Shown here in pieces: positions 38,601-45,314 of a stretch of DNA of 55,148 nucleotides. Position numbers and translations under genes: made by a program. Numbering within the stretch: the first letter of the stretch is position 1; each line of letters starts with the position of its first letter. The stretch spans positions 1-55,148 of IMG/VR virus record IMGVR_UViG_3300032257_000016; one strand, 5' to 3'. Source of the DNA: a virus. Lineage: Duplodnaviria; Caudoviricetes. Below the pieces are notes generated by a model that ran no database searches, was not told where the DNA came from, and saw only the letters and a program-made list of their open reading frames with translations.

Positions 38601-41351
38601 AGCCGAAATAAAATTATCATCGAATACGGATTCGTCAGGCTTCCCGCTTGCATGAGTAACATGATTAATCAGCGCAACACGGTCTTTATGCTCTTTATCA
38701 ATAGCCAGGCCGAGTTCATCATGCAGATAATCCTCAGTCACCTTTAATATTGACTCTTTCAGTTTGGCCTCGTCCTTGGCATTACTAATTACCTCAGTAT
38801 TGGCCACGGCATGCTTAATAGACTCTTTTTTGATAGCCAGAATGTCTTTTTTCTTGAATTTTGGCTTCTCAGGCTTATTCGTTTTTTCCTTTTCAGGAAT
38901 CGTCGCTTCCGGAGCACTGTCTTTACCTGAAGCACTGTTAATCCATGCCTTCGCATCTTCCTCTGTTTTTGCAATGTACGCAGGATCACCATTGTCGTCG
39001 TTTAAGTCGTAAACATACCAGCCGCCTTCTTCTTCGCCAGCCGGTGATTCGCCATAAGCATAGTCACCAACTCTGGTGTAATCATCGGGAATCGTCGCTT
39101 CCGGAGCACTGTCTTTGTCATCACTTCTTGAAATAGGCTCTGCGTTTCCATCTTCGATAATATTGCCTTCGCTATCCTGCCAAGTATCAGCCTGAGCCTC
39201 CCCATCTTCCGTATATGCAATGACTTTTGTTCCGTCAGTGAGTTCATGTGTTGGCGTGAAGTCGGCATCTGTCACCGGCTCATTGGTAGAATAGTTATCA
39301 GCAATATACTTGCGAATACTCGCAGCTGCTTCTTCTGCCTGCTTTTTAACAAACTGACTTCGTGCAGCTTTAGCGGTCTGTTCTAACTGAGACGCTATTG
39401 ATGTCAATTCATCAACGTCATTAATGGATTTATCAGCTGCATCAAGAAAACCTTTAACCTTTTTATTTATTTTCCCGACAGGGCGCTTGATCCCAGTTCC
39501 TGTGTCATTTTCATCTTCATCTCGATAAATATGATATTCACCGTGCCTTCTTTCGTTGGCACCAAGCTGAACAGCTGACTCATTTATAAAAGATTGAACT
39601 GTATTATCAACTGGATCACCGTTATAGCCGTTCTTGTAATTCTTTATGAATGATTTCACCTCGTCATCATTAAGGTCTACACCACCATCATTCGTGGCAA
39701 CATGAATGGCCTGCTGAATACCAGATACGGCCTCGTCTGTAAGGTCATTTGTCAAGTCATGAGGAAGCTTATATTTTTTAATATCAGGTTTTGACTCAGG
39801 CTCAACTGGATCAGGAGCGACTGGATCAACTGGCTCAGGAGGAATGATAGGCTCAACTGGATCAGCTGCTTGTGGATTAGTTAGGTCACGCCGACCATCG
39901 GTTACTTTTTCAACATTACTGGAAAAATCAGGACGAGACAGCCCTTGACTACCAGGAATACCATCAACAAGCGTTCTACGTGGAGGAGGTAAGACCGGAT
40001 CACCTGTATTAGCAAGACCCGCCGCCTGACCTGCTTTTTCAGCCGCTTTGGCCATGGTTCCTTTTGGTGTTATACCCTCAACGCCTGACCCGGTAAATCC
40101 GGCAGAATCATGCTGACGATACTGCTCTGAATAATTCTGCTGTTCAGGTGTTTTAGTAGCGCCATCAGCGGTACCATAAAAATCAGGCGGAGCGGTTAAT
40201 TGTGGTGCATTTGGGTCGAATACTCGTTCTTTCCCCATCTCAGCGGCAAGATTATCGAGGCTGTAGTCACCGGGAGCCGTATTATTTTCATCAATAGAGT
40301 CATTATTGTTACCCAGATAACTTGATACACCACCTGCAACTCCACCCATTCCCACACCGGCAAGCATGCCCATGGCGGCGCCTTCAGGTACGCCATCCAT
40401 GATAGGCTTACCCATGGCGACGTTAGACCACATTTGCTCTTGAATTGACTGAGGCAGTTCCTCAAAAACACCCTCAGATATTCCTGACTCAACGAAGCTT
40501 CTGGCTACACTCTTGTTAGTTGCTTTAAGTCCACCTGTTGCAAGCATGGTGTCAATATCAGCAATTCCGAATTTCTGCGCAATTCTTCCGCCAACAACAC
40601 CAAACACACCTGTTCCAAGTCCAGACGCGCCTGCAGCAGCAGACTGTTTATCTGTCAGAAGCCCGTCTTTCGTATTTTGTCTTGTCTGTTCGGCAGCCAT
40701 TCCAGCGCCAACAATGCCTTCACCTGTGGCGCCTGCAACATAGCCTGGGACTTTCGGCGCTAGTTTTGTCAATCCCCTTGCTATCACGCCTCCACTTAAC
40801 ATGGGAGCAATCGACTCGCCGACTGTGTGGGCTATCGTGCTTGGGTTTTCAAGTGCTGCCACTACGGTTGGAACAAACCCTTTTGCAGCAGCGACCTTGG
40901 CGTTGGCTTCTTTTTGCGCATCGGTGTACCAAGTGTTTAATGTTTCTTTGGCGTCTTTTGGTCTAAACCCAAGATGATCTTCTGCATACTTTCCTGCCCT
41001 GCCACCAGAAAAAAGGTCAGCAATACCTAGCGCGACCTCTGGAACTGATATTGCGCTCTTGATAGCGGTTACGCCTGCGTCACTTATCGTTCCAATAACT
41101 CCACGCTCTTTTTCTGGCTTCGCCGAGTTAGTAAGATGGTCATAGTTAATTTTTGGGCGAGTTAATCTACGCGCCTTTACAGAGGCTTTTGCCATGGTTG
41201 ATGGCTTATCAGGAGTTGGAGCAACAAATTGATTATACTGGGGTAGTTTAAGAGGTAGTGGCTTGCTTTCGGTTGGGGTAGCGTTAATTTCTTCTATTCC
41301 GTCAGCAGGATTCACTGGCGCACCCTTAATTAAATGGTCATACATTCCCAT
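26631..41351 (-). CDS. Giant DarB-like polyvalent (probably injected) protein: LPD1-like HExxH domain, N6-adenine MTase, strawberry-notch-type SF2 helicase, zincin-like domain, PLxRFG and C-terminal region
   Basis: 4906 aa; AHEWFHALD/ELFARA, QAYSTP/EPTAGNG/NPPFG, GDQTGVGKG/DESH/SAT/GRVNRTGQ, LHETLAH/AEEV, IEEVQS/PDAPF, PLMRFG. Confidence 0.9.
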   Translation of the reverse strand: MGMYDHLIKGAPVNPADGIEEINATPTESKPLPLKLPQYNQFVAPTPDKPSTMAKASVKARRLTRPKINYDHLTNSAKPEKERGVIGTISDAGVTAIKSAISVPEVALGIADLFSGGRAGKYAEDHLGFRPKDAKETLNTWYTDAQKEANAKVAAAKGFVPTVVAALENPSTIAHTVGESIAPMLSGGVIARGLTKLAPKVPGYVAGATGEGIVGAGMAAEQTRQNTKDGLLTDKQSAAAGASGLGTGVFGVVGGRIAQKFGIADIDTMLATGGLKATNKSVARSFVESGISEGVFEELPQSIQEQMWSNVAMGKPIMDGVPEGAAMGMLAGVGMGGVAGGVSSYLGNNNDSIDENNTAPGDYSLDNLAAEMGKERVFDPNAPQLTAPPDFYGTADGATKTPEQQNYSEQYRQHDSAGFTGSGVEGITPKGTMAKAAEKAGQAAGLANTGDPVLPPPRRTLVDGIPGSQGLSRPDFSSNVEKVTDGRRDLTNPQAADPVEPIIPPEPVDPVAPDPVEPESKPDIKKYKLPHDLTNDLTDEAVSGIQQAIHVATNDGGVDLNDDEVKSFIKNYKNGYNGDPVDNTVQSFINESAVQLGANERRHGEYHIYRDEDENDTGTGIKRPVGKINKKVKGFLDAADKSINDVDELTSIASQLEQTAKAARSQFVKKQAEEAAASIRKYIADNYSTNEPVTDADFTPTHELTDGTKVIAYTEDGEAQADTWQDSEGNIIEDGNAEPISRSDDKDSAPEATIPDDYTRVGDYAYGESPAGEEEGGWYVYDLNDDNGDPAYIAKTEEDAKAWINSASGKDSAPEATIPEKEKTNKPEKPKFKKKDILAIKKESIKHAVANTEVISNAKDEAKLKESILKVTEDYLHDELGLAIDKEHKDRVALINHVTHASGKPDESVFDDNFISAVSRKAKAAFNKAEKEKRKAENADRGEKLKNYGEELRRAQDEATRKIDDADDANLDKAVKDILNAASRPNVFPIVTGENATLGLTGYLETIRNGIEPVSEWIGHQFGGGRRSWQKSFKTVISEKSRKDGGLDEIKELAKEYIDHVSAIAQAVSGKDNIRSAAESFGDYLDKVRASFIDVFRGNFYHQSYALRIDPDGNRYDPGYNLGELLKNEDSESSTGRRKPLRRPSLPIKRSGFKTDHRNGEDVTLEDIGKKFGFAAVTGGKYVRSKEGQERANFAYDAFMDLADTLGIKPKDISLGGTLHFTIGALGRGRHSAHYSPSHPHPKGGTVPVINVTKTRGDGSVAHEWFHALDYALRSSLLSDNQSSIVSDIVDALSERIKTIDGIKKELHPYLTGNRYWYIKGRKHSRYSPNESTRMALRRLSLTKQTDYKNDADEIEKGGNKKRPYWNNREELFARAGESYIYDVLTGDENTYLVSDWVEADKIGKPLYKGRPYPNSKERKAMQDLFAGLMENITFDSKGVSVNSDYESADIKTQVTKLRLKVEGMIDAWIKAIRDEKSREEDDLSIGILGGNDLIRKLYRAIYDGSMPKDNNALKKLVAEHDGVPVKDIDHARLKQAQEDLEAAIVMRSRAIIKDHSEFRGGKSEQVGDKMIFESLLGLYNSQPNLNLQTTASANNQAYSTPAPLAFLAARLSDTKNSDWIYEPTAGNGMLLIDSDLRSSVFANELDADRNSRLKDTLPYASVSNFDATTHEFSYDKKFESIITNPPFGSLAEKTEFDGYTLEKIDHLIAAKALSEMSDTGKATLILGANKNEGAITSKDRVFLNYLYSHYNVTEHFEVSGDMYKRQGAGWPVRIIAIDGRKSSTKKAPKSGAIKRVNSYEELYRKYQEIQGYEFEALDTQPEGFTGETGVDGGGNTGESGGTESSGLPGDPGKPNTGSGRAGGSRPGNENSGGQSGSGVSATGTTNSGSGNGDSGSNAGDGVSSGAGNEGTNGERTGNSGSADSPTDAGNDSTGVFEPDLNAADFSEEDFDSLLDAEFGKDEQSTDDAENEFGDAINDLDDLFGKDGIKFSKRKDFNEETYQKAQPLFKQALEHALSSAASLKEAFKSFIKMASERWGKTIRPYLKQFQQDIKAGIVKIVSPSKKSPEKPNKSNKKESTGSEFQTSYPSMSENTSGNVLVPTNQADAVQAALSDIVAKYGNIDDFVVNELGYKSKDEAFDALMGLQIDSVAMAIDQIKTGGALIIGDQTGVGKGRQAAAVIRWALINGFTPVFISVKPTLYTDMFYDLKDIGSDITPLLTNAGEAVIEHGTKKALFKQTAGKLKPIFSKIINEKSLPKGTDALFTTYAQINTENQRRDVLRSLASNAVFVLDESHNAAGDSSTGEFIKAVLEQSDRAVYLSATYAKRPSNMPVYFLTDISKATDTMEELVESVVSGGVPLMEMVSNQLTRAGQFIRRERSWEGIDLPTYIDPDKKSQQRDEEYSNEVTRRLRAIVDADRIFHNKDFELVKAEIEAEFGGSATGSGNNASAGVHHANFTSVVHNSISQMILSIKTDRIADMAIEGLKAGKKPFIAIDATMGSFLDDHVAFNKLKEGDLLTGFDYRVVLSRNLKRTRNISYKDDKGKKNSIIVPLHQLSQEAQNAYEWAQDLIDSLDADLSASPIDRIKQRIQDAGYSVKEITGRTRSVTYDDKGNAILSSIDKEEKGGRVNTISEFNNGTLDVVIANAAGATGISAHASEKFQDQRPRYMIVGQASLDINIFMQMLGRVNRTGQVVLPEYRIFSSSLPSEKRPQAVTAMKMKQLNANTSSNESSDTSVEAVDFMNKYGDEVVARYLDENKELNAFLQIGFDLDGETPSVQNVARNATGRLALMPVKIQAEFYDRVESEYLDYIKYLNENGRNELIARTIPFDAVLLEEHVLDEGTDNSRPLLSDAMIGKYSVKRTNLPPTPQEVKKEIERSLDGKTASEHAMNLLAPALEYNDKTLVPEINKNISESYSKLSDEDKEKVGAEGNSFPFDDNLSARQHSYQRAVTRKQRHDESVAQIIGAIEKNYLIGNASSHTIDGAHYRGVVTGVKSKWTKGSPSNPFVKSGYSITIRTNSGTGRISLPLSRLMGYQDLGHYGYGGVTQESDIDALFKKAAGHSANDREIRYIATKNLLKAFGSLTSKGEIARFTMKDGSVTDGIVMPGNFDPSTGIKKTLRFGSPAVAIQFLHDNTYDSDVHRLGLHTKDGNLRLTPNYDGSFNLVAAGSKKAGGKWWANTELVSIIGDEFAGSRAVKTAKVPSNKVKSVVDFIYQTDKLFALESMEKLVAPYISKGNSAPDGKPSFSKHSVSANNNRSGGVTEQELQDVIERFKQELGGKLGLDFIIADSQEAAFGEYGASITERVRGAYISARSNKQRSRVIVIRGNLRNIAEAESTLLHETLAHHGLNLFEKDVKTAILRKIHNSRELPAIKKVYRQLIRDGYDLSPAGMAEEVFAYIAENKPNFAIRAWDQIVTIIANALRKYGLLSGKVTKSELRNLVQSIAEGMRQGQQQRTFEDGKEIHFGASDPVFYSKMLDHLIDKLPGSGNAMQLREMVKSWARKGQFKQEELEWSGLVEWLSEQKGKVSKDDIVNFVQANQVQIHETERGESLFRTPMEAKQYLAAQENMSIDEIEKQYAYVNQDAYIEAAEDAAEYEEEKPSYATKHDRYQLKGGKNYRELVMSMPGQIDPYKPDNVHFSEEGGGTAVAWTRFNERTDVDGNRVLHIEEVQSKRHQDGKRDGYAKTETVYIVKNPKGGMEKTVRSIEEGERVIANRRFPDLDNAEDWTIEPKEYPAGAPDAPFKTTWPMLAMKRMIRYAAENGFDRITWTTGDQQSARYDLSSHISNISWDRVSGSSESESALYDITAYKKNSEIALEEHGVNQKRIAVVIGKDLAKSIASDEGSEGVISGTEMKVGGEGMAAFYDKMLPNMVNKYTKKWGVKVGETSITTRKGSGKRLEILSELAGEDVYDASVDEKVHSLDITDKMRDSALSGQPLFSKKTGKEANNPLSSGNVGENDYNSNYEQSSIAGNGGQKSETDTRSPGGDRAQAASGTRTDGRSIPDASVHDEATGFDEDLAGVRFSKKRAEKIRPDTNAFFQAIKDFIAGTKGSLGKDGKILNEVTEKYGFWSKHLGTLDNLARKNPIIEPFMKMAKRMQMDKDEVFAKTNDVVKAYHKLKDDQRKLVDEALFDGTLHERDNGMGIVWRDDQLRDRGLDDTGIAGYHEVRAYFDEMTNDYQNRLLERIGVVLVNGKPETIISGDPSGKVKLDLANKILSDFNKLSGYFPLMRFGNFTLSQYNAEGELVKFETFESLIGRNAAAGKAQRENPENNFKVGRLVKRTGDSMVVDPRMISMLKDYADSAEEAGISDFVDEVEQKMLKEFADKSFRKRFIHRKGTAGYSDDVARTIASYGWSSSNFLAKMKWVPKLQEFQRNLDVKEYPQLHEHISKDIEYLKTPSEEFAAFKSFTFGAYMGFNVKSAAVNLTQIPMTLYPYLANKYGDKKTLAALTQATQDALNPKKVKDRRLRELLQWAEDEGLTMDSYTSDLIGVARGKKLARTRLQSRLIESMTFMFSAAEQYNRRVSVATAYYLNKDVSIEELKKQNGIIEQAVTKTQFDYGKHNRPAVFRGIVGVPLQFHQFSLNYLQFLAGNGGGVGATVRSLAVLFLLAGLMGMPGADDLRALLEFMYQKTTGKHLDFELEARKGIVKLAAEFTSQENAQTIAEAMLRGHVAYTPFDMTGSLSMGRVVPGMSRGFDVAANEGVKKGFTEAATDALGAGAGLVRNVAKGFDQYEASGDIIRGLETALPWKAVGNMLKSYRLTTDGVDRDYAGRVRIAFEPSSAEKLFQFLSFQPSTRSQLYREKNTQRREALFLRAAHNRLIIPLAVAIAEKNEAKKKAARRAIAEWNKSSPKEWRLLMSKVFRAIRRRRKEFEINSKTGRGSSVKQLQGKFNDQSKYFPK
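38896..39116. repeat. Perfect 29-bp direct repeat within the giant gene
   Basis: GGAATCGTCGCTTCCGGAGCACTGTCTTT at 38896-38924 and 39088-39116 (KDSAPEATIP twice). Confidence 0.9.
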
Positions 41352-41419
41352 TATATTCTCTCTCTAAAATGAAAAGCCATGGATACACGGCTTTATTATA
41401 TTCGCAGGTGAGGGTAAAC

Positions 41420-42808
41420 CTAAGAGATTAGGTCTAAATTAAACTGCATTTCAGGTAATCCGACCGATTTACGGTATTGGTTTATTTTAGTCGCAAGCTC
41501 TTCTCTTGATTCCGGCGGCTGGCCTGCCAATGTTCGATATGCGTCTGCCTGATCTGACGGCATTGATTGCAGTTCAGTATCAAGTTGAGACGGGATCTTG
41601 ACCGGAGTAAGTGTCTTGGTGTCCGTTCTAAATACGCCTTTTGTTGGTAATCCCGAATTTTTGTCAAAACCTGTCTGATATTCTTTGTACTGAGGTCTTG
41701 ATAGTTTCGCTATGTTCGCCAGCACCTGAGCTTTCTTTATTTTCCTGTCAGCCGTTTTATTGGCCTGATCCAAGCCAGCCTTCTCGGATGCTGCGATTTT
41801 ATTCAGTTTTTTATTTGCAGCCATTCTCTGTTGCTTGTATTGCTGCATTGATCCAAGAGATTGATTTAATCCAGCGCCGTAATCATTAGCCTGCTCCTCT
41901 AACTGGCTCACCATATCCTTTTTATCTGCAACCGCCCTTTGTTCTGGCGTCATGTTCGCCCGGCCAAGTGCCTTTATATCTGCATCACGATTATTGCTGG
42001 CAAAATCGACGCCACCCGATACCTGTGATTCCGGGTTTTTAATGCGAGCCATAGCCTCCTGCCTTGCTTGATCTGGTGAAGTTAACCCGAATTGCTTAAA
42101 CCCCTCGGATGGTAATACAGTAAAGCTGCCTTTCCCGGTTCGGCCTTCCGCTATATTCTTGTTCGCCTGAGCCATATCCTGAACAGTAAGTCCGATCGGA
42201 GATCCAATGTCATTATAAGGCAAGCTTCCACCCTTGTACTCACGGCCTTGTCTGTTCATCACCTGCTTTGCATAATCATCAAGAGGAAGATCTTGATTTA
42301 TGTTGGGCGTTCCGTATGAAGCAGACCCCTGCTTGCCAAGGTCAATGTTTCGATTAACCGCAGCATCAACTCCAGTATTTGCTAACGCTGATCCTACCTG
42401 CCCGGCAGCATCGGCCACGGCTCCCGCCTGTGGATCTTGCATTGGATTCATGTTTTGCACGTTTGGCATGCCCCCAGGGTTCAAGCCAGAAAAATCATTA
42501 ATTGGGTTGTTGGCCGGTGGTGAGGTTAGGTTTTTTGCACCAGACAGCAATTTTGATGCGTCAACAGGTGTTCTTGTTGGCGGCTGATACCTTGCAAGCT
42601 GACCACCTTGACGTAATCCCTGTTTCGGCTGAAGTGCACCATAAAAATATTTATTTGTACCTGAAAAATCAGAAATTTGATTATTTTCTGCGGGAAACTC
42701 TGGAAGCGGAGTTAAGTCAGGCGCTGTCCTCGCCGCGTTATCTGGCATTGAATGCGGCTGTGACAGCCTCTTCTTAAAGTTGGCTAGTGCATTTTTTCCA
42801 ACGCGCAT
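41420..42808 (-). CDS. Probable internal virion/ejection protein
   Basis: 462 aa, low-complexity P/Q/N/A-rich; between tail genes and the giant protein. Confidence 0.55.
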   Translation of the reverse strand: MRVGKNALANFKKRLSQPHSMPDNAARTAPDLTPLPEFPAENNQISDFSGTNKYFYGALQPKQGLRQGGQLARYQPPTRTPVDASKLLSGAKNLTSPPANNPINDFSGLNPGGMPNVQNMNPMQDPQAGAVADAAGQVGSALANTGVDAAVNRNIDLGKQGSASYGTPNINQDLPLDDYAKQVMNRQGREYKGGSLPYNDIGSPIGLTVQDMAQANKNIAEGRTGKGSFTVLPSEGFKQFGLTSPDQARQEAMARIKNPESQVSGGVDFASNNRDADIKALGRANMTPEQRAVADKKDMVSQLEEQANDYGAGLNQSLGSMQQYKQQRMAANKKLNKIAASEKAGLDQANKTADRKIKKAQVLANIAKLSRPQYKEYQTGFDKNSGLPTKGVFRTDTKTLTPVKIPSQLDTELQSMPSDQADAYRTLAGQPPESREELATKINQYRKSVGLPEMQFNLDLIS

Positions 42809-42820
42809 AATGAAATCCCC

Positions 42821-43801
42821 TTATTGACTAATCTGTGTTTCGTTTGAAATTGAAGCGATAGTGTTCTGGCTGCTAATAGCAGCTGAAGCAACATTACCCA
42901 TGGCTTTTGCTCCTGCGAGAGCGGCGTTTACTCGTGCATCTATGCCAGCCTGAAATGCGTTAATATCCAGCTGGTTTAATGTCAGGCTTCTATTTATATC
43001 GGCCTGCTCATATCGAAGAATAAGGTTTTCCGCATTCACGGAAGCGTTAACATATTGAGAAGTCAGCTGGTAAAGAGACTGAATTGAGTTAACAAGGCTA
43101 TTTGCCTTTGTTGTTGCCTGAGACGCGACGGAGATTATTGCATTCATGTAGCTAGTGGCGGTATTCAGTATGTTTGTCTGGAGACTTGCGCCGGCAGAAA
43201 TGGCAAAGCGAACATTCTCAATTTCCCGGTTAGCCTGCTCAATCGCAATATCACGAGCAAGATTATTTTCAGCATGCTTGCTATCTTGCTGCACTTCTTT
43301 TACTAAGGCGGCTGCTTCGCCCCCAGGTAAAGCAAATCCACGCTGCGCCCAGACATTAAGAACCTCTTTCTCCGCCTTTATCTTTGTTTGATCTATTCGC
43401 GTCCTCGCTCTGTCATAAATAGCCGCCTCGACGCTCACAGGAAGCCCTGTACCGCCATTAGTGATAGCGTTTTCTATCCAGTCAGTAATGGTCGTCAGCT
43501 TATTAGTGTAATCCGGGTAATATGTAGCAAGAAAGCTGCTTAACCGGTCATCCATGAGGGTCTTTAAACTGCTTAGCGTAGAATCATATTCATTACTGAA
43601 TGATTGCCCGAGATCGTCAGTGGGAAGACTCGGGACAGTCGGTTTTGTTGGTTGCGTTAATGTTGGTATTGATCCAGTAAAAATAACAGACCTTGACGCA
43701 CTCACGGCTTGATCTGAATAGTTTTCGGCTTTTTGCTGAGCTGCCAGAGCCTGTGTCCAGGCTTGGTCTATGGTTGCTTGTACGCTAGTTTCAGCAGTCA
43801 T
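42821..43801 (-). CDS. Helical virion protein, probable ejection/tail component
   Basis: GTGLP..VE.AIYDRAR, A.RGF.LP.G; Ala/Gln-rich. Confidence 0.65.
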   Translation of the reverse strand: MTAETSVQATIDQAWTQALAAQQKAENYSDQAVSASRSVIFTGSIPTLTQPTKPTVPSLPTDDLGQSFSNEYDSTLSSLKTLMDDRLSSFLATYYPDYTNKLTTITDWIENAITNGGTGLPVSVEAAIYDRARTRIDQTKIKAEKEVLNVWAQRGFALPGGEAAALVKEVQQDSKHAENNLARDIAIEQANREIENVRFAISAGASLQTNILNTATSYMNAIISVASQATTKANSLVNSIQSLYQLTSQYVNASVNAENLILRYEQADINRSLTLNQLDINAFQAGIDARVNAALAGAKAMGNVASAAISSQNTIASISNETQISQ

Positions 43802-45292
43802 TTAAACTTTCCTCGTTAGAATAACAGGTAATAATTCAAGGCCATTTATATCGAAATCGCCACCATTGTTATTGACCAGTTCAAATTGCCAGTATGCAGA
43901 CTTGACACCACGGCCAAGCGTTAATTTTCTTCGTCTTAATGAAGATGATGTCTGGGTTATCTCATACCATCGCTCTTTAGTTCCGCCGTCATCATTATCA
44001 ACGATGGTTTTCAGGGCAATAGCATCATCATTCTTCATGGCCACATAAGCATGAGTTACGCGCTTTAAGTGCTCGCTTCCAAAATCGAGAATCCCTGTCT
44101 TTATTGATGCCGCTATTTTTGCCGTATCATCAAGACCTCCACCTAATTCATATATGCCATCGTTCTTGGCTGCGTAATAAGACGACCCATGCTTGGCTAG
44201 TGAATTAAAATCAAATTGCTTGTATTCGCTATTGGCGTAATTTCTTGTGTTCAATACCACACCGGTATAAGTGTCCCCGTTATCGTCAAATAGAGATATG
44301 AAAGCGATTGATTCAACAATATCGCTAATCGCTGTATTTTGTGACGAAAGGGAATCAGTCGCACTGATTGACTCAGTTATCAACCCTGACGCCATCAGTA
44401 AATTAGAATACAGTTCAGATACTGTCATGCTCTCGCTAATTGACGCTATCACCTGATTTATTGTTGATAGCACCTCTGACACAGTGATTGACTCAGTTAC
44501 ATCTGAACTTTTTGGACTCAGCGTTCCATTGATAGCAGCAGAAATTGAAACCGACGAGAATATATTTATCGGTATAGTAATTGAGCCAGAAGTATTCGCC
44601 GAAGCCGCTATTGCCGAAGAAAATAATGCCGCCGACCGTGTTTGAGAGGCGTGAGACGCTATTTGAGTCGGGGTAAGTGCGACTTTATATAAAGCAACAT
44701 CATCCATTGACCCATCAAACTCATGAAGAACATTGCCTGTATTTGCACCGGCTATTTGAATATAGATTTGTGTGTAAGCTGGCTTGGCTGTATTCGTGTT
44801 GGTATCAGTAAGCGATCCATCCATATACACAGACATTCCATTGGTCGCATGAAAGACTGATACAGCATGATATGTTTGCCCTGATAACATCGGGGTTATC
44901 GAGGTTGCGGTTTGATAGGAAGCGCCGTTCCACATAGAGAAGTGGAAATATCCACTGGTATCAAGATATATTTCGATTGTGTCACACCGATACAGATATT
45001 GTATCTCGCCCGGTGTCACTGTCACATTAAAGACGACTTCAATAGAAAAGTTGGCGCTACTATATATATCAGTCGCTAACGGAAGATCTATGAATTCAGT
45101 CGTTGTTTTTGGAAACGTAAAGCAAGTATCTGCAGGTTCGCTCGGAATAAGACTTGCGACACCCAGGGTAGGACTTCCGTTAATAGTCCCGTTTTGTGAT
45201 CCGACAGCATCTACAGCAACAGACCCAGAGGCCTCACCTAGTCTATAATAATAACTCACTCCATCAGCAATAACTTCTGAAGAATATGACAT
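43802..45292 (-). CDS. Tail-associated protein: LamG/ConA-like domain, ~20-aa repeats, conserved C-terminal tail domain
   Basis: YYRLGE.SG..A.D...F.G.MDDVALY..ALT..QI; ITESI...D repeats; FNS..........DGIY.L.G, G..DFG...LKR, LGRG....YW. Confidence 0.75.
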   Translation of the reverse strand: MSYSSEVIADGVSYYYRLGEASGSVAVDAVGSQNGTINGSPTLGVASLIPSEPADTCFTFPKTTTEFIDLPLATDIYSSANFSIEVVFNVTVTPGEIQYLYRCDTIEIYLDTSGYFHFSMWNGASYQTATSITPMLSGQTYHAVSVFHATNGMSVYMDGSLTDTNTNTAKPAYTQIYIQIAGANTGNVLHEFDGSMDDVALYKVALTPTQIASHASQTRSAALFSSAIAASANTSGSITIPINIFSSVSISAAINGTLSPKSSDVTESITVSEVLSTINQVIASISESMTVSELYSNLLMASGLITESISATDSLSSQNTAISDIVESIAFISLFDDNGDTYTGVVLNTRNYANSEYKQFDFNSLAKHGSSYYAAKNDGIYELGGGLDDTAKIAASIKTGILDFGSEHLKRVTHAYVAMKNDDAIALKTIVDNDDGGTKERWYEITQTSSSLRRRKLTLGRGVKSAYWQFELVNNNGGDFDINGLELLPVILTRKV

Positions 45293-45314
45293 GCACTAGC
45301 TACCTTATTTTATA

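Noticed and set aside
41396-41424. Internal promoter for the giant gene (TATAAT)
   Set aside because: The -35 (TTAGGT) is poor and a hairpin follows immediately; not enough support to call
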